Shown here in pieces: positions 34,326 to 43,793 of a DNA stretch of 64,000 bases. The stretch's first letter is position 1. Every line of letters begins with the position of its first letter. Under the pieces are notes generated by a model that did no database searches, was not told the origin of the DNA, and saw only the letters and a list, made by a program, of their open reading frames with translations. The DNA is from Planctomycetota bacterium (GTDB taxonomy: Bacteria > Planctomycetota > Phycisphaerae > Phycisphaerales > UBA1924), in the NCBI GenBank assembly GCA_039821685.1, contig JBCBNT010000003.1, forward strand, positions 2,603-66,602. Reading direction: 5' to 3'. Made by a program: the position numbers and the translations under genes.

Positions 34326-35609
34326 TCAGAGACCGAGGTGCCCGATCACGGCGTCCGCCGCGGCCTGGCCTGACCGGGTCGCGCCCTCCATCGTGGCGGG
34401 CCAGCCGGTCTGGGTGTAGTCGCCGGCGAGCCAGTGGCGTGGCGCGAGGGCGTCGCACGCCGGGCGGCGGTCGTCGAAGCCGGGCTCCACGAGAAAGGTC
34501 GCCCGCCGCTCTTTCACGGCCCGGGCCCAGGTAACGCGGTTGGGCCCGAATCGGCGGGCGATCTCATCGACCAGCCCGGTCACGAGCTCATCGGCGGACC
34601 GGTCCACGAGCCCGTCGGCCGCGCTCGCGACCGCGTGCACACGCCGGCCGTTGTCCTTCAGGAAGATCCAGTCAAAGTCGGCGTCGAGCAGCACCGCGTG
34701 GGGCAGGCTGGTGACGGGCCGCTCGAACTCCGCGTGCACGGCCACGATCGGGCTGTGCTTGAGCGATCGCAGATCCGCGGCGACACGCCGGCCCTTCTCG
34801 CCGATCGTTTCGATCAGCCCTGCCGCGGCGTGGAACGGCAGCGCGAGGATCACGGCGTCCGCCTTGATCGCATCTCCGGTGCGGAGGAGCGCACCGCCTT
34901 CGGTCAGCCCGGTGATGTGCGCACCGAAGCGGACTTCGCCGCCGGCGTGCGCGAGGCCGTCGGGTACCGAGTCGTAGAGCGTGCGGAGCGGGACGGTGGG
35001 CACAGCCATGCGGGCGTCGGAAGCGGAGCGCAGGAAACCGTCCTGGAAGACGTGGAGCGCCGATGCGGCGTCGCAGGTCTCGGGCGTCGCGTTGCACGCG
35101 CTCACGACGATCGGCCCCCAGAATCGACGTGTCGCCCGATCGCTCTGCCCTTGGGCATTCAGCCACGCGGCGAACGATGTGCCGCGGTGCGTCTCTCGAT
35201 CGGTCGACCCGATCGTGCGCATCGCCCGGGCGATGCCGAGACGCTCACCGATGGACAGGAATCCGGCCTTGACAAGCAGCGGCAGCCCATGCAGCGGCGC
35301 CGGCCAGCGGGGAATCGGGAGATGGAATCGCTTTCCGTCCCCATCGATGTAGGTATACGAGCCGGTCCATGCGAGGGAATCGGCGACGCCGAGCTCGCTC
35401 AGCAGCCCCAGGTACGCGGGGCAGCAGCCGAGCGCGACGTGCTGGCAGTTGTCGATCGGCTCGTCGAGCGAGGGGTCATCGAACGACCCGGCCCTGCCGC
35501 CGAGGCGGTTGGACCTTTCATAGAGAGACACCCTCGCGCCGGACGCCGCGAGCCTGAGAGACGCGGCGATACCCGCGATGCCGCCGCCGATGACCGCGAC
35601 GTGCTTCAT
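34326..35609 (-). CDS. hpnE: Hydroxysqualene dehydroxylase (FAD-dependent amine-oxidase/phytoene-desaturase family)
   Basis: It has the dinucleotide fold MKHVAVIGGGIAGIAASLRLAASGARVSLYERSNRLGGR, and the C-terminus has LAGDYTQTGWPATMEGA. The start (cat 35607-35609) overlaps the hpnD stop as ATGA. Confidence 0.82.
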   Translation of the reverse strand: MKHVAVIGGGIAGIAASLRLAASGARVSLYERSNRLGGRAGSFDDPSLDEPIDNCQHVALGCCPAYLGLLSELGVADSLAWTGSYTYIDGDGKRFHLPIPRWPAPLHGLPLLVKAGFLSIGERLGIARAMRTIGSTDRETHRGTSFAAWLNAQGQSDRATRRFWGPIVVSACNATPETCDAASALHVFQDGFLRSASDARMAVPTVPLRTLYDSVPDGLAHAGGEVRFGAHITGLTEGGALLRTGDAIKADAVILALPFHAAAGLIETIGEKGRRVAADLRSLKHSPIVAVHAEFERPVTSLPHAVLLDADFDWIFLKDNGRRVHAVASAADGLVDRSADELVTGLVDEIARRFGPNRVTWARAVKERRATFLVEPGFDDRRPACDALAPRHWLAGDYTQTGWPATMEGATRSGQAAADAVIGHLGL

Positions 35610-36523
35610 GCCACGCCCCCGCGGCCCGCGAGCACGGACATCGCGACCGCTTTTGCTGCGATTCCGAGGACGGTGCTGCGGCCGGGCCGAACGTGCGCAC
35701 GGCGGACCGCGCGGGACGGATCCGCCTCGATCAGATCGAGCGTGCGCTCGTACACGCGCGTCATGGCCCAGAGCGTGGGCCGGCACCTCGGCGAGATCAG
35801 CGGCCCGAGCTCGACGCCCGCTCTGTACGCATCACGGGCGAGGCCGACGCCGCGGCGGATGACCGTCTCGCATCGGACCGGATCACGCCATGCGAGCAGT
35901 GCCTCGAGCGAGAGCCCCGCGTCGTCGAGCCACGCCTGCGGCAGATAGCACCGCCGCGGGTCGAGCGATGCGTCCTCGCCGACGTCGCGGAGCACGTTGG
36001 TCATCTGAAAGGCAAAGCCGAGACGGCTCGCGAGGTCGACGGCACGCTCGATATCGCTCTCGCGGCGCACGCCCCAGATCGCGACGCAGCATCGGCCCAC
36101 GCTTCCGGCGACGCGGTCGCAGTAGCTCCGAAGCTCACCCTCGGTCGTAAAGTCGATCGAATCGAGGTCGGATCTGAGCCCGTCGATCATGTCGGTGAGC
36201 CATTGAGGGTCGATCGGGTAGCGTGCGGCCGTATCACTGAGCGCTTTCCACACCGGCTCGTCATCCGGCGGGCTGCCAGCGCAGGCTGCGCTGGTGCGAT
36301 CGGCGAACAGCGACAGATCCATGCGTCTTGTTTCGATTGGGATCGAAGGATCGTCGGCGATGTCGTCGCCGAGCCTGTTCCATGCGTAGAGCGCATAAAG
36401 CGAAGATCGCTTCGGCTCGGGCGCGAGTCTCAGCCCGAGGTAGAAGCTTTTCGCGCGCTCGGAGGTGATCCGGCGGCACGATTCGTAGGCTGCGCTCAGC
36501 ATCTCCGTGCTTGGCATGGTCAT
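35606..36523 (-). CDS. hpnD: Presqualene diphosphate synthase (squalene/phytoene synthase family)
   Basis: Motifs: SFYLGLRLAPEPKRSSLYALYAWNRLGDDIADD and GFAFQMTNVLRDVGED. There is an ATGA overlap with hpnC at 36520-36523. Confidence 0.82.
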   Translation of the reverse strand: MTMPSTEMLSAAYESCRRITSERAKSFYLGLRLAPEPKRSSLYALYAWNRLGDDIADDPSIPIETRRMDLSLFADRTSAACAGSPPDDEPVWKALSDTAARYPIDPQWLTDMIDGLRSDLDSIDFTTEGELRSYCDRVAGSVGRCCVAIWGVRRESDIERAVDLASRLGFAFQMTNVLRDVGEDASLDPRRCYLPQAWLDDAGLSLEALLAWRDPVRCETVIRRGVGLARDAYRAGVELGPLISPRCRPTLWAMTRVYERTLDLIEADPSRAVRRAHVRPGRSTVLGIAAKAVAMSVLAGRGGVA

Positions 36524-37497
36524 GCAGCCGACCCTCGCCCGAAGAGCAACGACCGGGCAACAAGCCAGACGAGCGCGGAACGGGGGACAGCCGGGCGACG
36601 CCAGAGCGTCTCGCAGTTGGCTGCTCGGACGCGGCGGCAGACGAGCAGCCCGGCTTCGAGAAAGAGCCAGACGGGCCGGGTGACGCTCGGAGCGACCGAG
36701 CCGGGAAGCGCCCGGGCCGAAGCGAACATCGCCTCCGTGCGGGTCACCAGCGGCTCGATCGCTTCGCGGAATGTCTCGCGCACGGCCGGCGAGGGGATTG
36801 TCTCACGCGCCTGGTCGCGGAGCCAATCGCGGCTCAGCCCGCATTCGGCGAGCGGCAGGTAGATCCGATCGAGCTCGAGCAGATCTCGGCGGGCGTCTTG
36901 CCAGAAATTAGCGAGTTGGAGCGCTGTGCAGACGGCATCGCTCTGCCGGAGCAACGCAGGCCAGTCGCTGTCCGTATCGCGGTGCCCGGCCATCCGCAGC
37001 ACCAGCTCGCCGACCGGGTTCGCGCTTCGTGTCGCATACGTGAGCAGGTCGTCCCACGCGGCGTACCGCGTGACCGTCTGGTCTTGCTCGAAGGCGTCGA
37101 TGAGCCGATGGAAGGGATCGATCGGCAGCTCGTGGCGGGTGATCGTCGCACGAAGCGTTTCAAAAAGGGGCAAGCGAGGGTCGCCGCGATCGCACGCTTC
37201 GAGTTCAGATCGCCAGGCGGCGAGCCTTGAGAGCCGGACATCCGCCGGCACGCCGGGGGCATCGGCGATGTCGTCCGACACCCGGCAGAACGCGTAGACC
37301 GCGGCGAACGACGGGCGGAGCAACCTCGGCAGCACCATCGGCAGCACCGGGAAATTCTCGTACGGGGCTGCTGAAGCCGATTCCGGAAGTAACGACGCCG
37401 ACGCAGAATCGGTGCCGCTGTTGACCATCGGCGGCCTCCCGGCGACGGATTCGGGGCTCGCTTGGTCTAGACTTGCGTCCGGCATCCGAGAAACCAT
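36520..37497 (-). CDS. hpnC: Hydroxysqualene synthase (squalene synthase HpnC-type)
   Basis: Motifs: ENFPVLPMVLPRLLRPSFAAVYAFCRVSDDIADA and LQLANFWQDARRD. The alternative start at 37428 (MVNSG) would leave a more normal divergent promoter region. Confidence 0.8.
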   Translation of the reverse strand: MVSRMPDASLDQASPESVAGRPPMVNSGTDSASASLLPESASAAPYENFPVLPMVLPRLLRPSFAAVYAFCRVSDDIADAPGVPADVRLSRLAAWRSELEACDRGDPRLPLFETLRATITRHELPIDPFHRLIDAFEQDQTVTRYAAWDDLLTYATRSANPVGELVLRMAGHRDTDSDWPALLRQSDAVCTALQLANFWQDARRDLLELDRIYLPLAECGLSRDWLRDQARETIPSPAVRETFREAIEPLVTRTEAMFASARALPGSVAPSVTRPVWLFLEAGLLVCRRVRAANCETLWRRPAVPRSALVWLVARSLLFGRGSAA

Positions 37498-37520
37498 AGC
37501 AGCAGCTTCGAGAGGCGGCT

Positions 37521-38585
37521 TTGCGAGTCATCCTTCCCAACCCGAGAGGCTTCTGCGCCGGCGTGCGCATGGCGATTGATGTGGTTGATCGCATCGTGAT
37601 GCACTTCCCGGATCAGCCGGTGTATGTCTATCACGAGATCGTTCACAACCGTCACGTAGTGGATCGCTTCCGGGGCGAGGGTGTCCGGTTTGTCGAACGG
37701 ATTGCGGACATCCCGGACGGAGCAATCGTGGTGTTCTCGGCTCACGGCATCCCGCCATCGGTCCGGCAGGAGGCGGCAGACCGGGGTCTGACCGCGATCG
37801 ATGCGACGTGCCCGCTCGTGACCAAGGTGCATTCGGCCGCGTCGCGCTCGTCGGACCGGGGCTTCCAGATCCTGCTCGTCGGTCACGCGGACCACCAAGA
37901 GGTCATCGGCACACGGGGCGAGGCGCCTGACGACACGATCGTGGTTGAATCCGCGGAGCAGGTGGCGACGCTCGAGGTCCGCGACCCTGACAAGCTGATT
38001 TATCTCACGCAGACGACGCTCTCAACGGATGACGCGTCGGAGATCGTGCGGGCGCTCCGGGCGAGGTTTCCGAACCTGCACGAGCCGTCGACCTCGACGA
38101 TCTGCTACGCGACGACGAACCGTCAGCATGCCGTGCGGCAGATCGCGCCGGAGGTCGATGTTGTGCTCGTGGTGGGAAGCCGCAACTCGTCGAATTCGGT
38201 CAGGCTCACGGAGATCGCCAGGTCGGCGGGCGCGGCGTCGTACCTGCTCGACGACGCCTCGGAGATCGATCCGGCGTGGTTCCCGCGGGGCGCTGATTCT
38301 GCGGTGATGGTGACGGCCGGGGCGAGCGCGCCGGAGGACCTCGTCGCGGGCGTGTGCCGATCGCTGCTTGATCGTTTCGGCGGGCGGCTCGAGCAATGGG
38401 ACGTGATCGACGAGAGCGTTGAGTTCCGCCTGCCGGCTGAGCTTCGGCGCATGCTGCGTGAGGTACCCGGCGCATCGGCTGATGCCGACAGCGTCGTGAT
38501 TGATTCGAGCGAGATCGATCCGGAGCTGTACGGCGCGGTGCCGCTGACTGTCTCGGCCCGGAGCGAGCCTCCGACAGAGATCTAA
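37521..38585 (+). CDS. ispH: 4-hydroxy-3-methylbut-2-enyl diphosphate reductase
   Basis: The start is TTG. Motifs: MRVILPNPRGFCAGVRMAIDVV, HEIVHN, SAHG, DATCPLVTKVH and NSSNS. There is a ~60-aa C-terminal extension. Confidence 0.92.
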   Translation: MRVILPNPRGFCAGVRMAIDVVDRIVMHFPDQPVYVYHEIVHNRHVVDRFRGEGVRFVERIADIPDGAIVVFSAHGIPPSVRQEAADRGLTAIDATCPLVTKVHSAASRSSDRGFQILLVGHADHQEVIGTRGEAPDDTIVVESAEQVATLEVRDPDKLIYLTQTTLSTDDASEIVRALRARFPNLHEPSTSTICYATTNRQHAVRQIAPEVDVVLVVGSRNSSNSVRLTEIARSAGAASYLLDDASEIDPAWFPRGADSAVMVTAGASAPEDLVAGVCRSLLDRFGGRLEQWDVIDESVEFRLPAELRRMLREVPGASADADSVVIDSSEIDPELYGAVPLTVSARSEPPTEI

Positions 38586-38645
38586 CCCGGAGAGCTGCGG
38601 TCAGCCGCGGTCCTTGTAAGTCTTGCCCGCTGAAGGAGCCCGCCC

Positions 38646-39794
38646 GTGTGGCATCCGCCGGATCATGTCTTCTCGATGTCACGGGACGCGCTCGTTTCGT
38701 GGTGCGGGGCCCGCGGCATGCCGGCCTTTCGCGCGAAGCAGATCGCCGAATGGGTAAACGTGCACCGGCTCTCTGACCCTGCGGGCTGGTCGAATCTGGC
38801 TTCGAAGGACCGGAAGGCGTGCGAGCGGGAGCTCGCCGTGCTCACCGGCCGGACGATCGATCATCACACGGCCTCGGACGGCACGCAGAAGCTGCTCGTT
38901 GAATGGGATGACGAGCAGGACGCCGCCGGAAGCATCTCGACCGGTCCGCTGCTCCCCGTGCTCAACGGGACGAGCGGCGGCGGCGGCCGGGTCGATCGGC
39001 AGACCGAGTGCGTCATGATCCCGTCGCTCGACCCGGGCTCGAATCGGAAGACGGCGTGCATCTCAAGCCAGGTCGGCTGCCCCGTGGGCTGCCGGTTCTG
39101 CGCGTCTGGTCTGTCGGGTTTGGACGGGAACCTGTCCGCCGGACGGATCGTGGAGCAGGTGTGGCGGCTCGGGAATCTGCCGGGCGTCGGTCGGATCTCG
39201 AATGTCGTGTTCATGGGCATGGGTGAGCCCCTGAGCAACTTCAACGCTGTGACGGCCGCGATCCGCACGCTCGCCGCCCCGGCGCCCTGGGGGCTCGGTA
39301 TCAGCGCGAGGAAGATCACGGTCTCGACCGTCGGTCTGCCGAAGTTCATCAACCGGCTTGCCGACGAGTTTGATCTGCCGGTGACGCTCGCGCTCTCGTT
39401 GCACGCGCCGACCGATGAGCTCCGGCGGGAGCTGATCCCGTGGTCTTCGTACACGACGATCAGCGAGCTGCTCGAATCCTGCGGCCGATGGTTCGAGAAG
39501 ACCGGCCGAGAGATCACCCTCGAGTACACGCTACTCGGCGGAACGAACGACGGGCCCGATGACGCGAGGCGGCTCGCCGAGATCGCAAAAACGGTCCGCG
39601 GGAATGTCAATCTCATCAGGTACAACGAGGTGGCGGGCCTGCCGTTCCGCAGGCCCCGGGACGGCGATGTGCACCGGTTCCAGACGTCCCTGCGCGAGCG
39701 GGGTGTGAACGCACATATCCGTGCGAGCCGGGGGCGGGATATCGCCGCGGCGTGCGGGCAGCTCCGCCACGAGCACGCCGGGGGCAGCGCGTGA
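38646..39794 (+). CDS. rlmN: 23S rRNA/tRNA (adenine-C2)-methyltransferase, radical SAM
   Basis: Motifs: PAFRAKQIAEW, the radical SAM motif CISSQVGCPVGCRFCASG, NVVFMGMGEPL and the C-terminal ..AACGQL. An AAGGAG sits 7 nt upstream of the GTG at 38646. Confidence 0.92.
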   Translation: MWHPPDHVFSMSRDALVSWCGARGMPAFRAKQIAEWVNVHRLSDPAGWSNLASKDRKACERELAVLTGRTIDHHTASDGTQKLLVEWDDEQDAAGSISTGPLLPVLNGTSGGGGRVDRQTECVMIPSLDPGSNRKTACISSQVGCPVGCRFCASGLSGLDGNLSAGRIVEQVWRLGNLPGVGRISNVVFMGMGEPLSNFNAVTAAIRTLAAPAPWGLGISARKITVSTVGLPKFINRLADEFDLPVTLALSLHAPTDELRRELIPWSSYTTISELLESCGRWFEKTGREITLEYTLLGGTNDGPDDARRLAEIAKTVRGNVNLIRYNEVAGLPFRRPRDGDVHRFQTSLRERGVNAHIRASRGRDIAAACGQLRHEHAGGSA

Positions 39795-40492
39795 TCCTGG
39801 CGTCTTTCCGGCAGTTTGGCTTGATGCACCTGCTCGTCGTTGCCGGCTTTGCGGCGCTCACGCTTCTGATCATCGCGGTTTCGCGGGACCTTCAGGGCAG
39901 CGCACGCCGCCGAAGGCAGCGGACGATCGCTTGGGTGGGCCTCCTGATCCAGGCTGCGCACCAGACGTATTGGATCGGCTTCCAGCCCGACCGGGGCGAA
40001 TCGCTGCCGCTGCACCTGTGCGATCTGGCTGGGATGATCGCCGTCGCGGCGTTCGCGTTTCCTAGGCGTTGGCTGCGGGCGCTCCTGTATTACTGGGGCA
40101 CCGGGCTTTCGTCGCTCGCGTTTGTGATCCCGGTCATCGATGAAGGGCCGGCGACGCTGAAATTCTGGCTTTTCTGGCTGAGCCACTGGTACATCGTCGG
40201 CGGCGCTGTCTACCTGGTTGCAGCCGAAGGGTTTCGACCGGGCACGCGCGACCTGCTGTTCTCGACCGTCGCGCTGCTCGCGGTCGGGCTCGTGACCGCA
40301 GGGCTCAACAGCATCTGGGGAACACACTACATGTACACGGGCGATCAGCCGGTGCCGGTGCCCGGGCTCCCCGAGATCGGCTGGCCGCTGCCGGCGCTCG
40401 TGCTGCTGGGGGCCGCGGGCACGCTGCTGCTGTGCCTCGCGCACGCGCCGTGGATCCGTTGGCGCAGCGGCAATCGCGGAGCAGAGGCGTGA
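39791..40492 (+). CDS. TIGR02206/YwaF-like integral membrane protein
   Basis: The GTG start overlaps the rlmN stop (GTGA, 39791-39794). The protein is multi-TM and has the conserved-looking LPLHLCDLAG motif. Confidence 0.6.
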   Translation: MILASFRQFGLMHLLVVAGFAALTLLIIAVSRDLQGSARRRRQRTIAWVGLLIQAAHQTYWIGFQPDRGESLPLHLCDLAGMIAVAAFAFPRRWLRALLYYWGTGLSSLAFVIPVIDEGPATLKFWLFWLSHWYIVGGAVYLVAAEGFRPGTRDLLFSTVALLAVGLVTAGLNSIWGTHYMYTGDQPVPVPGLPEIGWPLPALVLLGAAGTLLLCLAHAPWIRWRSGNRGAEA

Positions 40493-41589
40493 TCGGGCCG
40501 CAGCTGGGCTTGTTTATCGGGGGCGTGGTTGCTTCGTTCGTTGTCACTGGCATCGTGACGCGGATCGGTCGCCGCGCCGGGACGCTCGACGGCGACGGGG
40601 TCGAAGGACAGATCAAACGCGAGGCCCGTCGGGTGCCGAATATCGGCGGCATCGGGATCGCGGCCGGCGTTGTTGCGCCCATCGTCGTTGCCGCGGTCGT
40701 CGTCTGGTTTGCCGGTGAGCGGGCGGTGCCGGCCGATCTCGCTGGCGGCCTGCGCTCGGAAGCCCCCGCGGGCCTCGTTCTTCTCGGGGGGCTGGTTGTT
40801 ATTCATCTGCTGGGGCTCGTGGACGACCGTCGGCCTTTGCCGTGGGGACCGAAGCTCGTCGCGATGCTCGCCGTGCCCGCAGCCGTTGCGTGGCTCGGCG
40901 AGACGCGCGTGCTCGAAGCGCTCGATACATACGTCGGGGGCGCGTGGCTTTCGATCGGGATCACGGCGCTCTGGTTCGCGGCGGCAATGAACGCACTGAA
41001 TTTCATGGACAACATGGACGGCCTCGCCGGCGGGGTCGCTGCCGTGATCGCCGGCGCGGTCTGGGGTGTGGCAACGCTGCAGGGCCAGTGGCTCGTTGCC
41101 GGGCTGGCCGCGTGCGTGTGCGGCGCAGCGATCGGGTTCCTGCCGCACAACTTCCCGCGAGCGCGGGTCTTCATGGGCGACGGCGGGTCGCTGGTGCTCG
41201 GCTTCCTGCTGGCGTATCTCACGACGCGGCTGACGTACGTCGACTCGAACGCCGCCGGCCCGCGCTGGGATCGCATCGTCATCCCGATGGTGCTGCTCGC
41301 CGTGCCGCTGTACGACCTGTGCAGCGTCATCGTGCTGCGGCTGCGACAGGGGCGGTCGCCGTTCGTTGGCGATCTGCAGCACCTGTCGCATCGCTTCGAA
41401 GGGCGCGGCCTTTCTCGGCCGCTCGTAGCGGTGTCGGTCTGGGCATTGACGGCGGTGACGGCGACCGGCGCGATCATCGTCGCGATCGGCACGCCCTCTC
41501 AGTCCGTGCTGGTCGCGGTGCAGACGCTCGCGGCGCTGGGTCTTTTGGCGGCGGTCGAGCGACGGATGCCGTGGGAGGCCGAGAAGTGA
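40489..41589 (+). CDS. Polyprenyl-phosphate N-acetylhexosamine-1-phosphate transferase (MraY/WecA family, GT4)
   Basis: The GTG start overlaps the previous stop (GTGA, 40489-40492). Motifs: LLGLVDDRRPL, NALNFMDNMDGLAGG and VFMGDGGSLVLGF. Confidence 0.85.
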   Translation: MIGPQLGLFIGGVVASFVVTGIVTRIGRRAGTLDGDGVEGQIKREARRVPNIGGIGIAAGVVAPIVVAAVVVWFAGERAVPADLAGGLRSEAPAGLVLLGGLVVIHLLGLVDDRRPLPWGPKLVAMLAVPAAVAWLGETRVLEALDTYVGGAWLSIGITALWFAAAMNALNFMDNMDGLAGGVAAVIAGAVWGVATLQGQWLVAGLAACVCGAAIGFLPHNFPRARVFMGDGGSLVLGFLLAYLTTRLTYVDSNAAGPRWDRIVIPMVLLAVPLYDLCSVIVLRLRQGRSPFVGDLQHLSHRFEGRGLSRPLVAVSVWALTAVTATGAIIVAIGTPSQSVLVAVQTLAALGLLAAVERRMPWEAEK

Positions 41590-43793
41590 ATCGCGGCCGG
41601 ATCGCAGCCTGCTGTCTCGGCGCGATGCTGGCATGCCTCGTCGCGAGGACGCTTGGCATCACCGAGCCGATGCCAGGCTGGGACCGCACGCCGCTGTCAG
41701 GCGTGTCGGCGATCACGGGGATCGGGCCGACGCTGTACGTCGGCCTCGATGCGCTCGTTGTGCTCTTCGCGGCAGGACTGGTGCTCGCCCGGCGTGGGCC
41801 GCTCGCGTGGCCAGGCATCGCTGCGCTTGTCGGGAGCGTGCTGATCGTGTGGCGCACGATCTGGCTCGACCGCGGCGACATCGAGCCGGTGCCGGTGTCT
41901 GCCGCGTGGGCATCCGGCTGCGCAGCCTTTTCCGCGGGGATCTCGCTCGCGGGCCGCCCGGCGTTGCGGCGGTTCGCCGTGGTCTCCTTCCTCGGCGTGG
42001 CGGTGATCTTGCTCGCGAAGTCTGCCGGACAGCTGGCGTTTGAGCACCCGGGCGTTGTTGCGACGTTCGACGCCGACCCGGAGGGCGTGCTCGAAGCTCG
42101 GGGGTACACGCCGGGCTCGGCGGCGGCTTTGCAGTTCGAACGCCGGCTCAGGCAGCCCGATCTGACCGCGTGGTTCGGGTTGTCGAACGTGCTCGCCGCG
42201 TATCTCGTTGCGAGCACCGCTGCGCTCGGCTTGATTGTCTGGCGGGCTCGGCGGCGTCTGACCCATCCCGTGGTGGTTGTGCTCGCGGCTGCGGGCATCG
42301 CGTGCGGGCTCGGCGTCGTGCTGACGGGTTCGAAGGCTGGCATCGCCGTCCTTGTCGCGCTGCTCGCCTGCCTTGTGGTGGCCGGCCTCGTGCCGCATCG
42401 CCTTCGCGGCATCGTCACCGTCGGAGTCTGGCTTGTCCCGGTTGCGGCGGTCGTTGCGCGCGGGGTCACCGGCTTGCCCGAGGGGGAGCTGTCGCTTCAG
42501 TTCAGGTGGTTTTACATGCAGACCGCCGCCGAGATCGCGGCGGCTGACCTGCCCTGGGGCACGGGGGCTGACGGGTTCAGGGCGCGCTACGCAGTGCTTA
42601 AGCCGCCGATCGCGCCCGAATCGGTGACGAGCTCGCACCATGCCCTGCTGGACTGGCTCGCGATGCTCGGTCTCGTGGGGCTGCCGATCGTTGCGGTCTG
42701 GTCCTGGACGGCGTGGGCCTTGGGGGCCTCGGTGCGTCTCCGATCGATCGGTCCGGTGATCAGGCTCCCCGATCGCTCGCTGATTCTGAGGATGGCGGGG
42801 GTTCTCGCGGTGCCCGTCGCATTTGGGGCGTACCTCGAGGCGCAGGCGACGACCCCGGAGATCGCGCTGACGCGGCTCGTCGGGCTCGCGTTGGGCATCG
42901 CGGTTGCGGTGGCGGCCTGGTCCGCCCGCGCGGGATCGCTCGCTGCAGCTGCCGCCGGGCTCGCCCTGCTGATGCACAGCCAGCTCGACATGGTGCTCTT
43001 TCATCCGGGCTCGATCCCGCTCGCGATGTTCGCCGTCGGCCTCGGCGCGTCGGGGGCCTGCCGATCTGCACGGTCCGGGCCTCATCGCTCGACACGCGCT
43101 CCAGTGCGGCGTGGCGTCGCCTTGGTGTGCCTCGCCGGCGCGGCGGTTGGTCTCGGCATGCTCGCCGCTTCGACGTGGCGGTGGGAAGCCCCGCTCCGGC
43201 GAGCGTTCGCGCAGGAGCAGAGATCCGTCGCGATCTCTGCGTCATTCGACGCGACGGGGTCTGATGCGGCGGGCAGCAACTGGGCTGCACGGGCCGAATT
43301 CGGCGAAGCCGTCAGGCTCGCGGACGAGCATCTCGCCGAGGCCGCGCGGGCAGCTCCGAGGGACCCGCGGGCCTGGCTTGCGTTGGCGTCCCTCCGCGGC
43401 GCTGCGGGTGCCCCGCTTGCGGAGGCTTTCGCAGCTGCAGAACAGGCCGTGCAGGCTGAGCGATCGCCTCGGACGCTTGGGCGGCAGGCGCGCCTCGCAG
43501 AGCGGCTCGCTTCAGCGGATCCGTCCGTCGGAGAATCGAGGCGTACGGAGCTGATCGACACGGCTCGGCGTCTCTGGCGAGAGGCCGCGGAACTCGATCG
43601 GCACGGCCCGTTCTTTCCGGCGTTGCTGGCGCGGATTGAATCGGATCAGGGCGATGCCCGCTCTGCGGCACGCTGGGCGCAGGAAGCACTCAGGCGCGAC
43701 GACAACTACAGGCTCGATCCGCTCGCCGGCCTGCCCGAGCGAGAGCGAGCCAGATGTGAAGAGCTGGTCAAGCGGGGCGAGACCGGCGGTTGA
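41586..43793 (+). CDS. O-antigen ligase (Wzy_C)-like polytopic membrane protein with a C-terminal TPR-like domain
   Basis: The GTG start overlaps the previous stop (GTGA, 41586-41589). It has about 12 hydrophobic segments. The segment SSHHALLDWLAMLGLVGLPIV resembles the Wzy_C loop. The C-terminal ~230 aa is helical-repeat/TPR-like. Confidence 0.65.
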   Translation: MNRGRIAACCLGAMLACLVARTLGITEPMPGWDRTPLSGVSAITGIGPTLYVGLDALVVLFAAGLVLARRGPLAWPGIAALVGSVLIVWRTIWLDRGDIEPVPVSAAWASGCAAFSAGISLAGRPALRRFAVVSFLGVAVILLAKSAGQLAFEHPGVVATFDADPEGVLEARGYTPGSAAALQFERRLRQPDLTAWFGLSNVLAAYLVASTAALGLIVWRARRRLTHPVVVVLAAAGIACGLGVVLTGSKAGIAVLVALLACLVVAGLVPHRLRGIVTVGVWLVPVAAVVARGVTGLPEGELSLQFRWFYMQTAAEIAAADLPWGTGADGFRARYAVLKPPIAPESVTSSHHALLDWLAMLGLVGLPIVAVWSWTAWALGASVRLRSIGPVIRLPDRSLILRMAGVLAVPVAFGAYLEAQATTPEIALTRLVGLALGIAVAVAAWSARAGSLAAAAAGLALLMHSQLDMVLFHPGSIPLAMFAVGLGASGACRSARSGPHRSTRAPVRRGVALVCLAGAAVGLGMLAASTWRWEAPLRRAFAQEQRSVAISASFDATGSDAAGSNWAARAEFGEAVRLADEHLAEAARAAPRDPRAWLALASLRGAAGAPLAEAFAAAEQAVQAERSPRTLGRQARLAERLASADPSVGESRRTELIDTARRLWREAAELDRHGPFFPALLARIESDQGDARSAARWAQEALRRDDNYRLDPLAGLPERERARCEELVKRGETGG

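Noticed and set aside
40842-41585. Upstream 248 codons of ORF 40842..43793, and the minus-strand ORFs 40345..41634 and 41697..43085
   Set aside because: The upstream extension lies in an alternative frame of the WecA/MraY-family gene. The GTG at 41586, overlapping that gene's stop, gives a sensible hydrophobic N-terminus. The minus-strand ORFs are Arg/Pro-rich shadows.
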